A stretch of 64,000 bases of DNA from Felis catus (lineage: Eukaryota): assembly GCF_018350175.1 (NCBI RefSeq), contig NC_058383.1, forward strand, positions 10,976,001 to 11,040,000, written 5' to 3'. This document shows positions 53,247 through 64,000 of this stretch, piece by piece (the stretch's first letter is position 1; each line of letters begins with the position of its first letter). The notes below the pieces were generated by a model. It was not told the origin of the DNA. It made no database searches and saw nothing but the letters and a program-made list of their open reading frames with translations. The position numbers and the translations under genes are program-made.

Positions 53247-56200
53247 ATTTTGTGGGATCACACTCAGCGGGGAGATCTGTTTAACCCTTCAGTGCAAGAG
53301 CAACAAATCTGGCGCACACACGCGCGAATTTTTATTTTTGTATGTTGTCAGAAAGCTTTTCCCTTTTCGTTTCACGTCTGCCCCGTGGATCGGTTTCTGT
53401 TCCTGGTTTCCGGGCAGACAGCACAGAATCTGCGCTCCGCCCTCGTCCTGACTTGTTACAGGCTTGAGGAATGCTGCCCGCCCCGTTCCGCCTCCCCTCT
53501 GAACTGAACGAGCCCCCCGCAGCCAGGAGCGCTCCCGTCCCATCCTGCTGGAAGAGCCTGTGTGTGGGGCGAGGCGTCCGGTCGCCCTAGGCCCCTGCGT
53601 CCCGAGGGCCCATAGCCTCAGAGCAGCGTGCTTCCCGGCCAGGCGACCGCCTTCCCCAATTGCCTCCTTCCTGCAGGGGCCCCGGGGCTTGTCCATGGAC
53701 AGGGAGGGGGGGGTCGCCCTGGCTGACTCTGAGGGCGCCGAGGAAGGCCGGGAGACGAAGCCTCCGCTCCCTGTGTTCACGAGTCAGCAGTGTGTACGTA
53801 AATGAGACCACAGGTACACAGTGTGGCTCTGAGAGGGAGTGGGGGTGAAACTTGCCCCCCGAGATCTCTGGTGGGTCAGTGAGGACTGAACTGAAGAACG
53901 CAGCTCAGTCCTTGTCAGTTAGTGTTTCCGAAACAGCCTCCTTATTCCGTGAGTGTTGGTTAAACACAATCCTTCTGGAAAGTGGAGTGACGGGGAACGT
54001 GGGCTTTGTGACCAAATCCAAGTTCCACTTCTGGACAGTTGTTACCCGAGGAACCTTCCTTCGGGAGAACCGTAAAAGCCAAGAAATGTGTCCGTGCCGG
54101 GATTGTACGCTTTAGATCCCATCCACGGAGTCGGGCTCAGCGCAAACCCCCCTCTCCCAGCTGTGGATCTTCAGTGGGGGGAGGGGAGAACGAAGATTCT
54201 CCACAGAGGGTGGGGCTGAGGGGAAGGGCCCCCGCCAAAGCTGGAAGGGAATGTGTCAGGAGGGATCTGTGCATTTGCCCGGCCGACCCAGACGCGGCTG
54301 CTGAGCGTATGCAGGATGGTCCTTCCTGGCAGGCAGTGCGTCAGAAGAGACCTCTCCAGACCTCTGGTTCCCGAGGGGAGGTTAGGGGTATTGAGTGTGC
54401 TCTCGTGCCTTGCCGAGGTCGCTTTCAGAGTTTGCGGATGAGGAAGTGAAGACTTGAGTCGCGCCCCCCGCCGCCCCAGTCTTCCCCTGAGACTGACAGA
54501 CGGATGGGACTTGAGCCCAGATCTGTAGCCTGCGATGTTCCACAGCACTGCTTTCCGCAGCAGGCAGCTGGTTCCCTTTGAAGTAGGTCTGTTATTCGGA
54601 GCAACCTTGGTGCCTTGTTTCTTCCCCACCATCACCACCACCAAAGACCAGAAAGGTGTGTTGGGAAGGAAAAAAAAATCTGGGAGAGGAAGACTGACCA
54701 GGCCTTCCCAGTTTCCACTAAACACCCCAAGCCCTGGTCTAAAGAAATTCAAGGGACTTGGTTGACTTAACCTTTAGTGGGTAGGGAATTGCCACCCACC
54801 AATGGGTAGCTCTCCTAAATGGAAGCCGCAGTTTCTGGACACGAGTGTGTTTGGAAGACGTGCTCTCCCCCAGGGACGCCTTGGTTTCCCTAGGATGGGG
54901 GCAAAGAATGGAGCAGGGTTTCAGGAACTGAGGTGACCTGTAGGCTGTTCTCTTTAGCATAGCAGCTCTTGCTTGGCTTTTCTGGCCCGTGAGTCAGGGG
55001 CTGTTTGTCCTTCTATTGAGACCGACACCCCCCCCCCCCAAGTTGCTTTCCTAACCTCTGCAGTCTGGACTCTCTTAACTCCAGTAGGTGAGGGGTTTGC
55101 CCCATGGCTGCCAACCTTCTTAGCTCAAAGAAGAAAGCTTGTGGCTGGTTGTGAAACCACACGTACCTAGGGGTCTGGGCCTGGGGCCTGGTGGCCCGTT
55201 GACAAGCACAGTGGGTGGACCTAGCTTAGCTGCCCCAGAGGGGCTTTCTCCCCACCAAGAACTGGGTTAAATACAAAACAAAGGCGCATAGACTCGGTTT
55301 TCCCCCAGCTTCTTTAGTCTGGTCAACAATGGTTTTGTATATCACCTTACCTCCCCCTGCTGCCCCACCCCACCTCACCCCCAAGCCAGGCATACCTTGT
55401 GGTTTTATTTTAAGGAAGTGCCTGCAAAGTTGAAAGCTGGCGATGACATAACACCCATTTGTACACCCGTTTGTAAAGGGGTTTCCTGCCGGGTTTCCTT
55501 CTCAGAAGCGAGAACAGGTGGTTGAGGGACATTTTGTAGTATCCACTTCATGTGTGGTCTCTGCTCATTTAAACCTCAAGTTCCCTAAAGCAGTAATGAC
55601 CCTTATCAAGGACCATGCCCTTGACGATGCTCAAGGGGACCTGGTAGGAGAGGTCCCCAATCCTTTCAATAAAAACCACTGGATAGACCCAACCAGAGGC
55701 AGAGAATACAGGACCGCCTTCCAGAAGCTGAGATGTCACAGGCTGTAAGAAGGCCTGGATCGACCCTGAGAGGATCTATTGAACTCAGACCAAAATCGTC
55801 CTCTTCCTTATAGTGAGCAGTGTAGAGCCTCTAGGAAAAATCCTTCATAAGAGATAATGGGTGAGGGGATCCAAAAATGCAGGGTCGGAGTGTGGTCATG
55901 AAGCCATAGCAAGTGTTGGCTTATTGGCCTTCAGAAGGGACCGGTGGCGCGAGACCGTGTGCTGCAGGATGGCGTGAGCGGTCACTTCACACCTGTGTAC
56001 CCCACCTGTCTGCAGGTGGCCGTCCCCTCACTCCACACCCGTGCCTCCTTAGTGTCCCGTATCCCCTTGGGGATGGCAGAGGTACTGAGCCCCTGGCAAG
56101 TCGCAGACGCCACACCGCCAGCCGACTTCCCGCGCCCAGGCCCGGACAGATGTGCACGCGGCAGCTCAGCCCTGGTGACTGCACCTGGAGGCGCGATTGC

Positions 56201-57799
56201 CTCGCTACTGGAATTAGCTTGAAGCTCGAGCAAATCGCGAACCCCCCGCGGTGGCAGCTTGCTGCTGGATTTATCCTCTGTGGTCAACGAGCTTTAAATA
56301 ACTCTCACCGCATGACACATCTGGGCCCAGTCAGCAGGGAAGTGTCAGCCAGGCAGTGGGTTTGGGGTGTGCAGGGGGGCAGGCACAAGGCCAAGCCCTG
56401 GAGGGCTCGCCAAACTCCATCCATCGGATCTGCCGGGCCGCTGCGTGTCCGGAGCTCTGCCAGAGAGCTGCAGTGCAGTGGGGACAGCCCCAAGCTGAAG
56501 CCCACGGTCTTGGTTTCTGTCCTCTGCCTGACCTTGAAGGGAAAGCCTCTGTTCCAGGCTTAGGTGACCACTCCCAGCAGAATGAGAGCCAGGCCAGGGG
56601 TCTGAGCCTCACACCTGCCCGCTGCCACTCATTCGGCCCTGCCCTCGTTCAAGTCCCAGTTTCAACAGTGAGAAGCCCCCCCACACACACATACCCAAAC
56701 TGGCAGAGTAGACGTCTCCCACCCCTGCACCCCACTGCACCCCGGGCTGGTCCTGCACAGCACTTTGATGAGAGTCATTTGCCAAGCTAAGCACTTGAGC
56801 CTCGTGTGATCCAGAACACGGCCTGCGAAATCTGCAGCTGTTAGCTCCATCTTCCAAGTGAAACAACTAAGTTACCTTGCCAAGGGCTCCCAACTAGAAG
56901 TGAAGGCGTCTGAGTCCCAAGCAAGTGGGTGTGAGTCCACCGTGCCCACAGCCGGCGGTTGGCGTGCATGCGTCCTCCCTTGGCGGGGTCTCAACCTTCA
57001 CTCCAGAATCCTTAGGCCAAGGGGAGAAGAAATTCCCAGGGGTGGGACTCAGATGTGTCCCGGGTGCAGGCACCTGTCTCTCTTCCTATGAGGTCCGTCC
57101 CCGGCCCAGCCAGAACCCATTTCTGGCCCAGGTTGGCCGAGAAATGAAGACTTGCGTTCCCTTGGGAAGCAGACCTCCAGCAACCTGCATTTCTGCATAG
57201 AGACACCTGCTTGCCATTAGAGCCTTGCCCTTCACGGCCACTGTACCCTCCCAAGTGGTTTGTCTGCCTACCGGTCGGTGGTGACTCAGGGCCCCATCCT
57301 GCCAGTGCGGGCACCAGGAGAGAGCTGGTGCTGAGGGCTGGCCCAGGGTTCATCAGGCTGCTGATCCAGGCTTTTCTCCACCAAGGAGGGCTCTGCGTTA
57401 CACTTGGGAAAGAACCGCCTCAAAATGATGGCTGATTTGTTCCAATCCTGGAAAGCCCTAGAATCCCTCTCAACACAGGATCCCGGAGGGCACTGCCTGG
57501 ACCTCAGGCTCTTATTCCAAACCCCTCTCCACTCAGCTTGTCTCTGTTGGCCCAGCCTTGGGGATTTCCTGGTTGAGGAACTGGCCAGTCCAGCCCATCT
57601 GGGGGAGGCCTGGGGGTGGAGAAGGTGGCACCTGGAAAGAGGCCAAGACCCTCAAGCATGGAAGGAAAGCTCTGCCCTCCCAGGCTGGCCCGATTTGAGA
57701 GTCTCCCTCTCTGCAGTGTTCACACAGGCTGACTCTTCCGTCGTGAATCCCGTTACGTCCATCATCATTCACTCACATTCAAGGGCAGGGCAGGGCAGG

Positions 57800-58000
57800 G
57801 CAGGGGAGCCTAGTGGTTGGCTGCGTGGGCCTGGGGTCCAGACTACCCGGGTTCAAATCCCAGCGCTTCCCTTACTAGCCACCGCAACCTATTTACTGCT
57901 CTGTGCCTCGGTTTCCCCACCTATAGGGTGGGGGAAATAACAGTATCCACCTGACAGCCTCGTTGTGAGGCTGTTTATGTGAGGTGTTTATGAAAAAGCA
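57800..58000 (+). mobile_element. MIR
   Basis: ccgggttcaaatcccagc..ctctgtgcctcggtttcccc..ataacagtatc..gttgtgagg. Confidence 0.75.
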
Positions 58001-58247
58001 TTCCTGACCCAGCCACCAAGGGGAGGTGGGGAGGTCCTCTGGGATATTGTTCTGATCCCCAGCCAACAGGTAGTGAGACATCTACTTTGTGATAGTTATG
58101 ACTTGATAATCATTAAACTGTCCATTTTCTACAGTTTTCTGTATCCTTCACAATAAAAGTTTTAAAACCTTTTTAAAATTTTTGTATCTCCCCCCCAAAA
58201 GAAAAACCACCTTTTATCCATCTATCATCTCCTTCTTTGTTCATTCC

Positions 58248-58466
58248 CTTTATTTATTTGTTTATTTTTAGTTTATTTATTTTGAGAGAGAGTGTGTGAG
58301 CAGGGGACGGGCGGAGAGAGAGAATCCCAAGCAGGCTCCATGCTGACAGCACAGAGCCCTATTCGGGGCTCGAACTCACGAACCTTGAGATCGTGACCTG
58401 AGCCGAAATCAAGAGCCTAACGGACACTTAACCGACCTAACCGACCGAGTCACCCTGGCCCCCCCC
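58248..58466 (-). mobile_element. CAN-SINE
   Basis: Antisense element. Confidence 0.9.
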
Positions 58467-59462
58467 ACCTTTTTAAAACCCTTTGATCTCTTGCTTTTTC
58501 CACCCACGCACTCGAGTCCTGTCTCAGCCTCACAAAGGCTTTGAGCCCGCTGAGCCACAGAGGCCACTGCCAGGGACGGCAGGATTTCTGGTCTTCGTGC
58601 TGCCGTGGCGCTTCTCCCTGCCGGTGCCACGTGAGGAAGTACGGGGAGGCTGCAGGAGGGAAGTGGAAAGAAAGGTGGCAGCTGACAGCTGTGGCTGGTG
58701 TCTGTGGGACAGGGCAGCCCGGCCGGGCAGTTGTGCAAGAGTGGAGTGACCGCGGGAGGAAGGGCAGGAAGCGACCGGCGCTCAGGAGGTCCTGCTTGCA
58801 GCAAAGCCCCTGACGTCCCCTCTTCCCCTCCTGCGCCCAGGTGAGCGAGGCTGCTGTCTGCGGGGACCGCGGGGCAGCCCCGGGTGGGACAGGGCCGGCC
58901 AGAGGCGGGCGGGGTGTCTGTGTGGTGCCTAAAGGACCAGAGGGCCCTGCGCGGGACCTCAATCGATGCCTCATTTGCAGATTTTCATCCAAGCACAACA
59001 GACCCTCAGAAAAGGGCCGTGCACAGTCCCGTGGCCCCCGGGCCCCCGGCTGGGTTGGTTTTCAGAAAGCGAGCGGCGCCCTCGGACGTAGCCTCACCAG
59101 GAAAGGGCACCCAGCTGCCGCCTCCTGCTCCCTTGCGGCCGCCACCCCCCCCACCCCCACCCCAGAGGTCACCCTGCCATCCCACACTGTGCAGACTGGT
59201 GAGGGCCCCCTGCAGCGAAGGTGTGCTCTGTGCCCTCTCTCTCCCTGCACCGCGTGCCTAGAAGCTTCCTCGCCCATGTGGTGTGTGGCCGTTCCTTCTC
59301 GTTGCTGAGCACCGTGTCGTCCTGTGTGGGAAGATTCTAGATACATAACAGAGAAAGGCCCTGCAAGGCCGGCAACACCCAGGGCTGGTGACCTCCCCGT
59401 GACCACAGGGGACGTGCCAACCAAATCTCAGAGCAGAGAGCGTGGCCCCTGCCCTTCTTTGT

Positions 59463-59656
59463 TTTTTAAAGTTTATTCATTTTGAGAGAGAGAGAGAGAG
59501 AGAGAGCAGGGGAGGGGCAGGGAGAGGGAGAGAGAGAGAATCCCAAGCAGGCTCCGAGCTGCCCCACAAGGGGCTCGAACTCAGGAACCGTGAGATCATG
59601 ACCTGAGCCAAAACCAAGAGTCAGTTGTTCAACCAACTGAGCCATGCAGGCGCCCC
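59463..59656 (-). mobile_element. CAN-SINE
   Basis: Antisense element with internal deletion. Confidence 0.9.
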
Positions 59657-60062
59657 ATGGCTCCCACGCTGGGATGAAACCAAGAACATCCAACCACCAA
59701 TCTGACCAGTCGTGGTAACAGACACAAAAGGGCCTGTTCTGGCTCCCTTCTGCCAGAGGCTACCCTCACCCCCCAGTAGTCCAGGGGGACCCGTGGCTCT
59801 CAGAGTGCTGGTGGCCTTTGCCATGGTCTCACAGTCTTGGAATCACGCGTCTGGGACACAAACTGGCCCCTCCTTGGACCAGCCCCATAACCTCTAAGCC
59901 TCCCAGGCCCTCGTGTGCGTCCTAGGCTCCTAGGTGCCAGTGGGAGACCCCCAGCCACTTCCTGCTCACCTCTTCACCCCAAATCCAAATCCCCTCCTGG
60001 CGGAGACCACCGCCCCATCTCAGGAGAAAACTGAGGCAGCCTTGAGGATCCATTGATCAGGT

Positions 60063-60283
60063 TTTGTTGTTGTTGTTGTTGTTTTAATTTTTAGTTTGTT
60101 TTGAGAGAAAGAACGAGTGGGGGAGGAGCAGAGAGAGAAAGATTGAGAGAGAGAGCACCCCAAGCAGGCTCCGCTTGGGTTGTCAGCGTGGGGCCCGTAG
60201 CAAGTTTCAAACTCACGAACTGAAACGTGAGATCGTGACCTGAGCCGGAGTCGGACTCCTAACCGACTCAGCCCCACGGGCGC
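60063..60283 (-). mobile_element. CAN-SINE with (TTG)n tail
   Basis: Antisense element. Confidence 0.88.
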
Positions 60284-60942
60284 AGGGATTTGATCGGAGT
60301 TGAACGCAAGCCTCACTCCAGGCCCATCCCCACCGCCACTGGCTCAGTTACACACACCTGCAGGCGTGCACCTGACGCCCGCGCGCCCTCCCACGGACAC
60401 GGTCCCCAAGCGGCGCGGCGACTGTCCAAGTATAAAAGGACCGCGCGGGCGGCCAGCCGGTCTCCAGCCTGGGGGGTGCGGCCAAGCCCCTGCTCTCCCG
60501 GGGCCCGCATCGCGGTAAAGAGAGACATTGTAAAAACATGAGCTCCGTAATACGTGCATCTGAATAAAAACAGGAAAGCGGGGTGGGGAAGCATGAAGTT
60601 TTGCTGTTTCGCGTGAACATATCAAGAAAGGCCTCTTGGAGGCGGTGCCTTTTGAGCAGAAACCCGAAGGGACGAGGGAGGGACTTCCAGAGATGCGGGA
60701 GATGGTCCCGGGGGTCGGGGGGCGCTCCGAGGGCAGAGGCCCCGGGGCGGGAGCAGCTTGGGGTGTCCCAGGGGCAGCAGAGAGGCCGGTGTGGCGGGGC
60801 CTGGGGTTAGCCAGAGACAGGGGTGGGGGGTGGGCATCCCCCCCCCCAAACTGTGGGGCCCGTAGACCACGGGGTGGGGGAGGGGAGGACATGCCTGCGT
60901 GTGGCCCCTCACGTCCCCGCCGGGGGAGTCTGAGGGATCCCA

Positions 60943-60953
60943 GAAACTGAAAG
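60943..60953 (+). promoter_or_regulatory. ISRE/IRF-like element in the NCF1 promoter
   Basis: GAAACTGAAAG fits GAAANNGAAA, about 120 nt upstream of the ATG. Confidence 0.55.
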
Positions 60954-61011
60954 GAGAAGCAGAGGCTCCTCTGCACCCTCCCTGCCCCCTCCTGCCCTGC
61001 CCCCCGAAGTG

Positions 61012-61022
61012 ACTTCCTCTTT
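61012..61022 (-). promoter_or_regulatory. PU.1 (SPI1) site of the NCF1 proximal promoter
   Basis: Minus strand AAAGAGGAAGT is close to the PU.1 consensus; a PU.1 site near the start is known to be essential for human p47phox transcription. Confidence 0.8.
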
Positions 61023-61070
61023 CTGGCCCATTTAAGGCCCGCCAGCCGGGGAGCGCCCCGCAGCCCAGCC

Positions 61071-61142
61071 ATGGGGGACACCTTCATCCGCCACATCGCC
61101 CTCCTGGGCTTCGAGAAGCGCTTCGTCCCCAGCCAGCACTAC
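61071..61142 (+). CDS. NCF1: NCF1 (p47phox) exon 1, coding part; start of the PX domain
   Basis: [24 protein letters not shown]; strong Kozak gccATGG; donor gtgagt at 61143. Not in the ORF track (too short). Exon 2 lies outside the window. Confidence 0.97.
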
Positions 61143-61969
61143 GTGAGTAGCCGAGCGCCCTGAGAGGGGGGACTGGGGGGACCCTGCGGCCGCGGGGGGA
61201 CGAGCCTGTCGGGGCCGCGCAGGTGCCCCCGGGCCGTCCCCGCGCGGCTGGCTGATGTGCGTCCCTTAAACGGATGCGCGCCCTGCCCCTCCCCCCACCC
61301 CGCCCCCGGCCCTCGTTGGGAGGACAGCCAGCCTGGCCCCTGACCCCCCCCCCCCCCCCCGCCAGCCCACATCCCCCCCTGGCCTGCCCGCCCCGGCCAG
61401 GAGTTCCCTGTGGCGCCCTGTTCACCCCCAGCGCGCTCCTCCGGGCAGCCCTCCCTGACCACCCCAGCTCTCACGGAGTGCTCCTCCAGGACGGAGTGCT
61501 GGCAGCGCCCCTCAGCCCGCCGTGGAGTCAGCGACATTACAGGGGGAATCCCTTCTAGTAGGGTGACACCACCAAGGGGCCCAAAAAGGCCCCCCGACCC
61601 CCTGCCCTCGGGGCTGGGAATTATCTGCCCAGACATGTCCACCCGCCCTGGGTCCCCAAGGCCGGAGGACAGGAAGGCCAGGGAGGGGCTCTGCTTTGTC
61701 TGGTATTTGCAGGACACAAATGTATCCTTTCTTGTCCTCACTTTTAATTTTGAAATAATTTCAAACTTACAGAAAGGCTGTCCCCAAAGCACCAATTCCT
61801 CCAAATTTCCTCCACCCACCTCTGTGCTCCCTCTCTCCTCTCCATCCCTCATCCCCCTCCTTCCCCTCCTTCCCCTTCTCTCTCTCTCCCTCTCTCTCTG
61901 AACAGAACTTTTCTGAACCATCCCAGAGGAAATCGGAGACATTGTGTTTGCTTGTGTGTTCCTTTCTCT

Positions 61970-61973
61970 TTTA

Positions 61974-62004
<31 letters not shown>

Positions 62005-62304
62005 TTTATTTATTAGAGACAGAGAGCACGAGCTGGGGAGGGGGCAGAGGGAGAGAGAGAGAGAGAGAGAGGGATGGAGGGAGGGAACCTCCAGCAGGCT
62101 CCACGATGGAGCCCAAAGCAGGGCTCTATCCCACCCACAACCCTGGGATCCTGACCTGAGCTGAAATCAAGAGTCAGACACAGCCCTGGGAGACACTCAG
62201 GGCCCGCCCCTTTTTGCGTAGGTTGCATGCCCAGTGTGGGGCTTGAACTCATGACCCTGAGATCAAGAGTCTGCCGCTCTTCCTACGGAGCCACCCAGGC
62301 GCCC
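61970..62304 (-). mobile_element. Two CAN-SINEs with a (TTA)/(TTTA) tail
   Basis: Antisense long element (61970-62208) and short element (62210-62304). Confidence 0.85.
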
Positions 62305-63057
62305 CCTCCTAAATACTACTGTGTATTTCTTAAAACCGACAACATTCTCTGCAAATGTGTCAACATCGGCAAAGTATCGTAGATGAAACACCATTATTCA
62401 GTCCTTACCAGTTCCCCTGCTTGTCCTCTGTAGTAAAAATGATCCGGTCCGGGATCCCATCCAGGACCACCTGCTGCGTTTCACCTGCCTGTGACCCTTC
62501 AGACTCCTTTAATCCGGGTCAATCTTAACCCACCTTTCTCGGTCCTTCCCGACGTTGACATTCTGTAGAGCTGGGACCTGTCGTTTTGTGGGACATCCCT
62601 TCTACAGAAGGACTTGGCTCCTCCTTCTTCCTCAGATTCAGGCTATGCGTCCGTGGCAGGAACACCCGGGAAGTGACACTGTGTTCTCCTCGTTGATCCT
62701 ATCAGAGGCAGGCGATTTTGCTTTTTCTTCCGATGGTGATGGCTAATTTTGATCACCAAGTGTCTCTAGTGTAAGTAAGGTTACTATTTCTCCCTTTGTG
62801 CGGGGAGATTCTGTGAAACAATATGAATAGCCCATTGCTCGTATAGTACGCGGATGACGCTTGCCCAAGTCAAATTACTATAATGATTGCCAAATAGTGA
62901 GTTTTCAACTCTATAATTCCCTCTGCATTTATTAGTCGGCGTTTTACCATAAAGTTGTTCCCCTCTTCCTTACTATTTACTTATGCCAATACGGATGCAT
63001 GGATTTCTCTTTTATTCAATGGGAAACCATAACTTATTTTATGCTCACATCGTCCCA

Positions 63058-63208
63058 CGCAAGCGGGGGAGGGAGAGAAAGAGAGGGGGACAGAGGAACC
63101 GAAGCACTGACAGCAGCAACCCCAATGCGGGGCTCGAACTCACGAACCGAGAGGTCCTGACCTGAGCCGAAGTCGGACTCTCGACCGACTGAGCCACCCG
63201 GGCGCCCC
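63058..63208 (-). mobile_element. CAN-SINE lacking its tail
   Basis: cggggctcgaactcacgaacc..gagccacccgggcgcccc. Confidence 0.88.
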
Positions 63209-63802
63209 AAGAGCACACTCTTACTTCTGGTACGAGATGTTCCAGCGTCTGGTGCCCTCCAGCCGGACCCCTGGACTCAGCCATTTTCACTAAGGACCCC
63301 TGTTTCTTTGCAGTGGGGAGTGATGTTAGAAACCCTAGATCTGGAAGCTGAGTGTGTTTGTTGCCTCTGGGGTGTCATTGCCTGTTGTCCTTTCAATGGA
63401 CCGACGGGGGGTGGGGCGGGGGTGCGGAAGGCCATTTCATCTCATTCTTGCCTTGTACCGCTTTATATTCGTAGACGCTTCCTTTCTCCACGAGAACCCC
63501 GGCTCCCAACAAAATGATATTTAGTCCTTTGCTCGCTGCTGCAATCCACATGGGCTTGTTTGACCAGAATGACAGCTCCTGCACCATTGTAACAATCAGC
63601 CTGCAAATTCATTAAGTCACATTTTAAGCTTTCTTTGCAAGTTTTTCTTCTCCTTTTGGACCGAGGGTAGTAAAATACTGTAACTAAAAGTTACTTGGAA
63701 TTTTTCTTTTCCAGTTTCTCTTTAATACGGTTGTTACCCATTTGACAGATAGTGAGGTTCATTTGTTTTTGTTTCCAATTTGAAGTTAAAAAACAAAATC
63801 CT

Positions 63803-63962
63803 GGGGTGCCCGGGTGACTCAGTCGGTTAAACATCTGACTCTTGATTTCAGCTCAGGTCATGATCTCACAGTTCCGTGGGTTCCAGCCCCATTTCGGGCT
63901 CTGTGCTGACAGCTCAGGGCCTGCGTGGGATTTTCTCTTCCTCTCTGTCCCTCCCCCACTTG

Positions 63963-63995
<33 letters not shown>

Positions 63996-64000
63996 AAAAA
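63803..64000 (+). mobile_element. CAN-SINE, running off the window edge
   Basis: Head, CT tract and start of the A tail. Confidence 0.9.

Larger units (their letters stand above)
60340..61530. promoter_or_regulatory. GC/CpG-rich region spanning the NCF1 promoter, exon 1 and start of intron 1
   Basis: Dense CpGs, GC boxes and G/C runs by eye; not computed. Confidence 0.6.
61735..63760 (-). mobile_element. Old L1M 3' region in NCF1 intron 1, interrupted by SINEs
   Basis: tttaattttgaaataatttcaaacttacagaaa and other antisense L1MC/MD-like motifs; boundaries approximate. Confidence 0.6.

Noticed and set aside
58011..58030. CTCF-like motif gccaccaaggggagg
   Set aside because: Several mismatches to the core consensus; not supportable without ChIP data
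52278..61942. Many long overlapping ORFs (up to 267 aa) between GTF2I and NCF1 and over NCF1 intron 1
   Set aside because: Low-complexity Pro/Gly/Arg/Ala products on both strands, expected from stop-codon scarcity in GC-rich DNA; no recognisable domain

Overview
Eukaryotic (felid, most likely cat, judged from abundant SINEC_Fc-type CAN-SINEs) genomic DNA from the region orthologous to the human Williams-Beuren interval. The + strand carries the 3' three-quarters of GTF2I (TFII-I): 25 coding exons (exons 10-34 in human numbering, 2968-50873), all with GT-AG boundaries and matching phases, then a 3'UTR intron and a terminal exon ending near 52738. About 8 kb downstream lie the promoter and first coding exon of NCF1 (p47phox; ATG at 61071). 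Introns hold about 40 CAN-SINEs plus older L1, L2, MIR and hAT/MER fragments. Almost all ORFs in the six-frame track are spurious (SINE-derived or GC-rich non-coding DNA). I found no new gene or multi-gene system. The most interesting signals are post-transcriptional and retrotransposon-related: a candidate poison exon in intron 10, a candidate intronic terminal exon in intron 12, a triple RBFOX motif made by a local duplication, a SINE target-site duplication that copies a splice donor, a young SINE dimer in intron 17, and an ISRE-like plus PU.1 module at the NCF1 promoter. Exon numbers and human comparisons come from my recall of the human protein and gene, not from an alignment run. Boundaries of old repeats are approximate.
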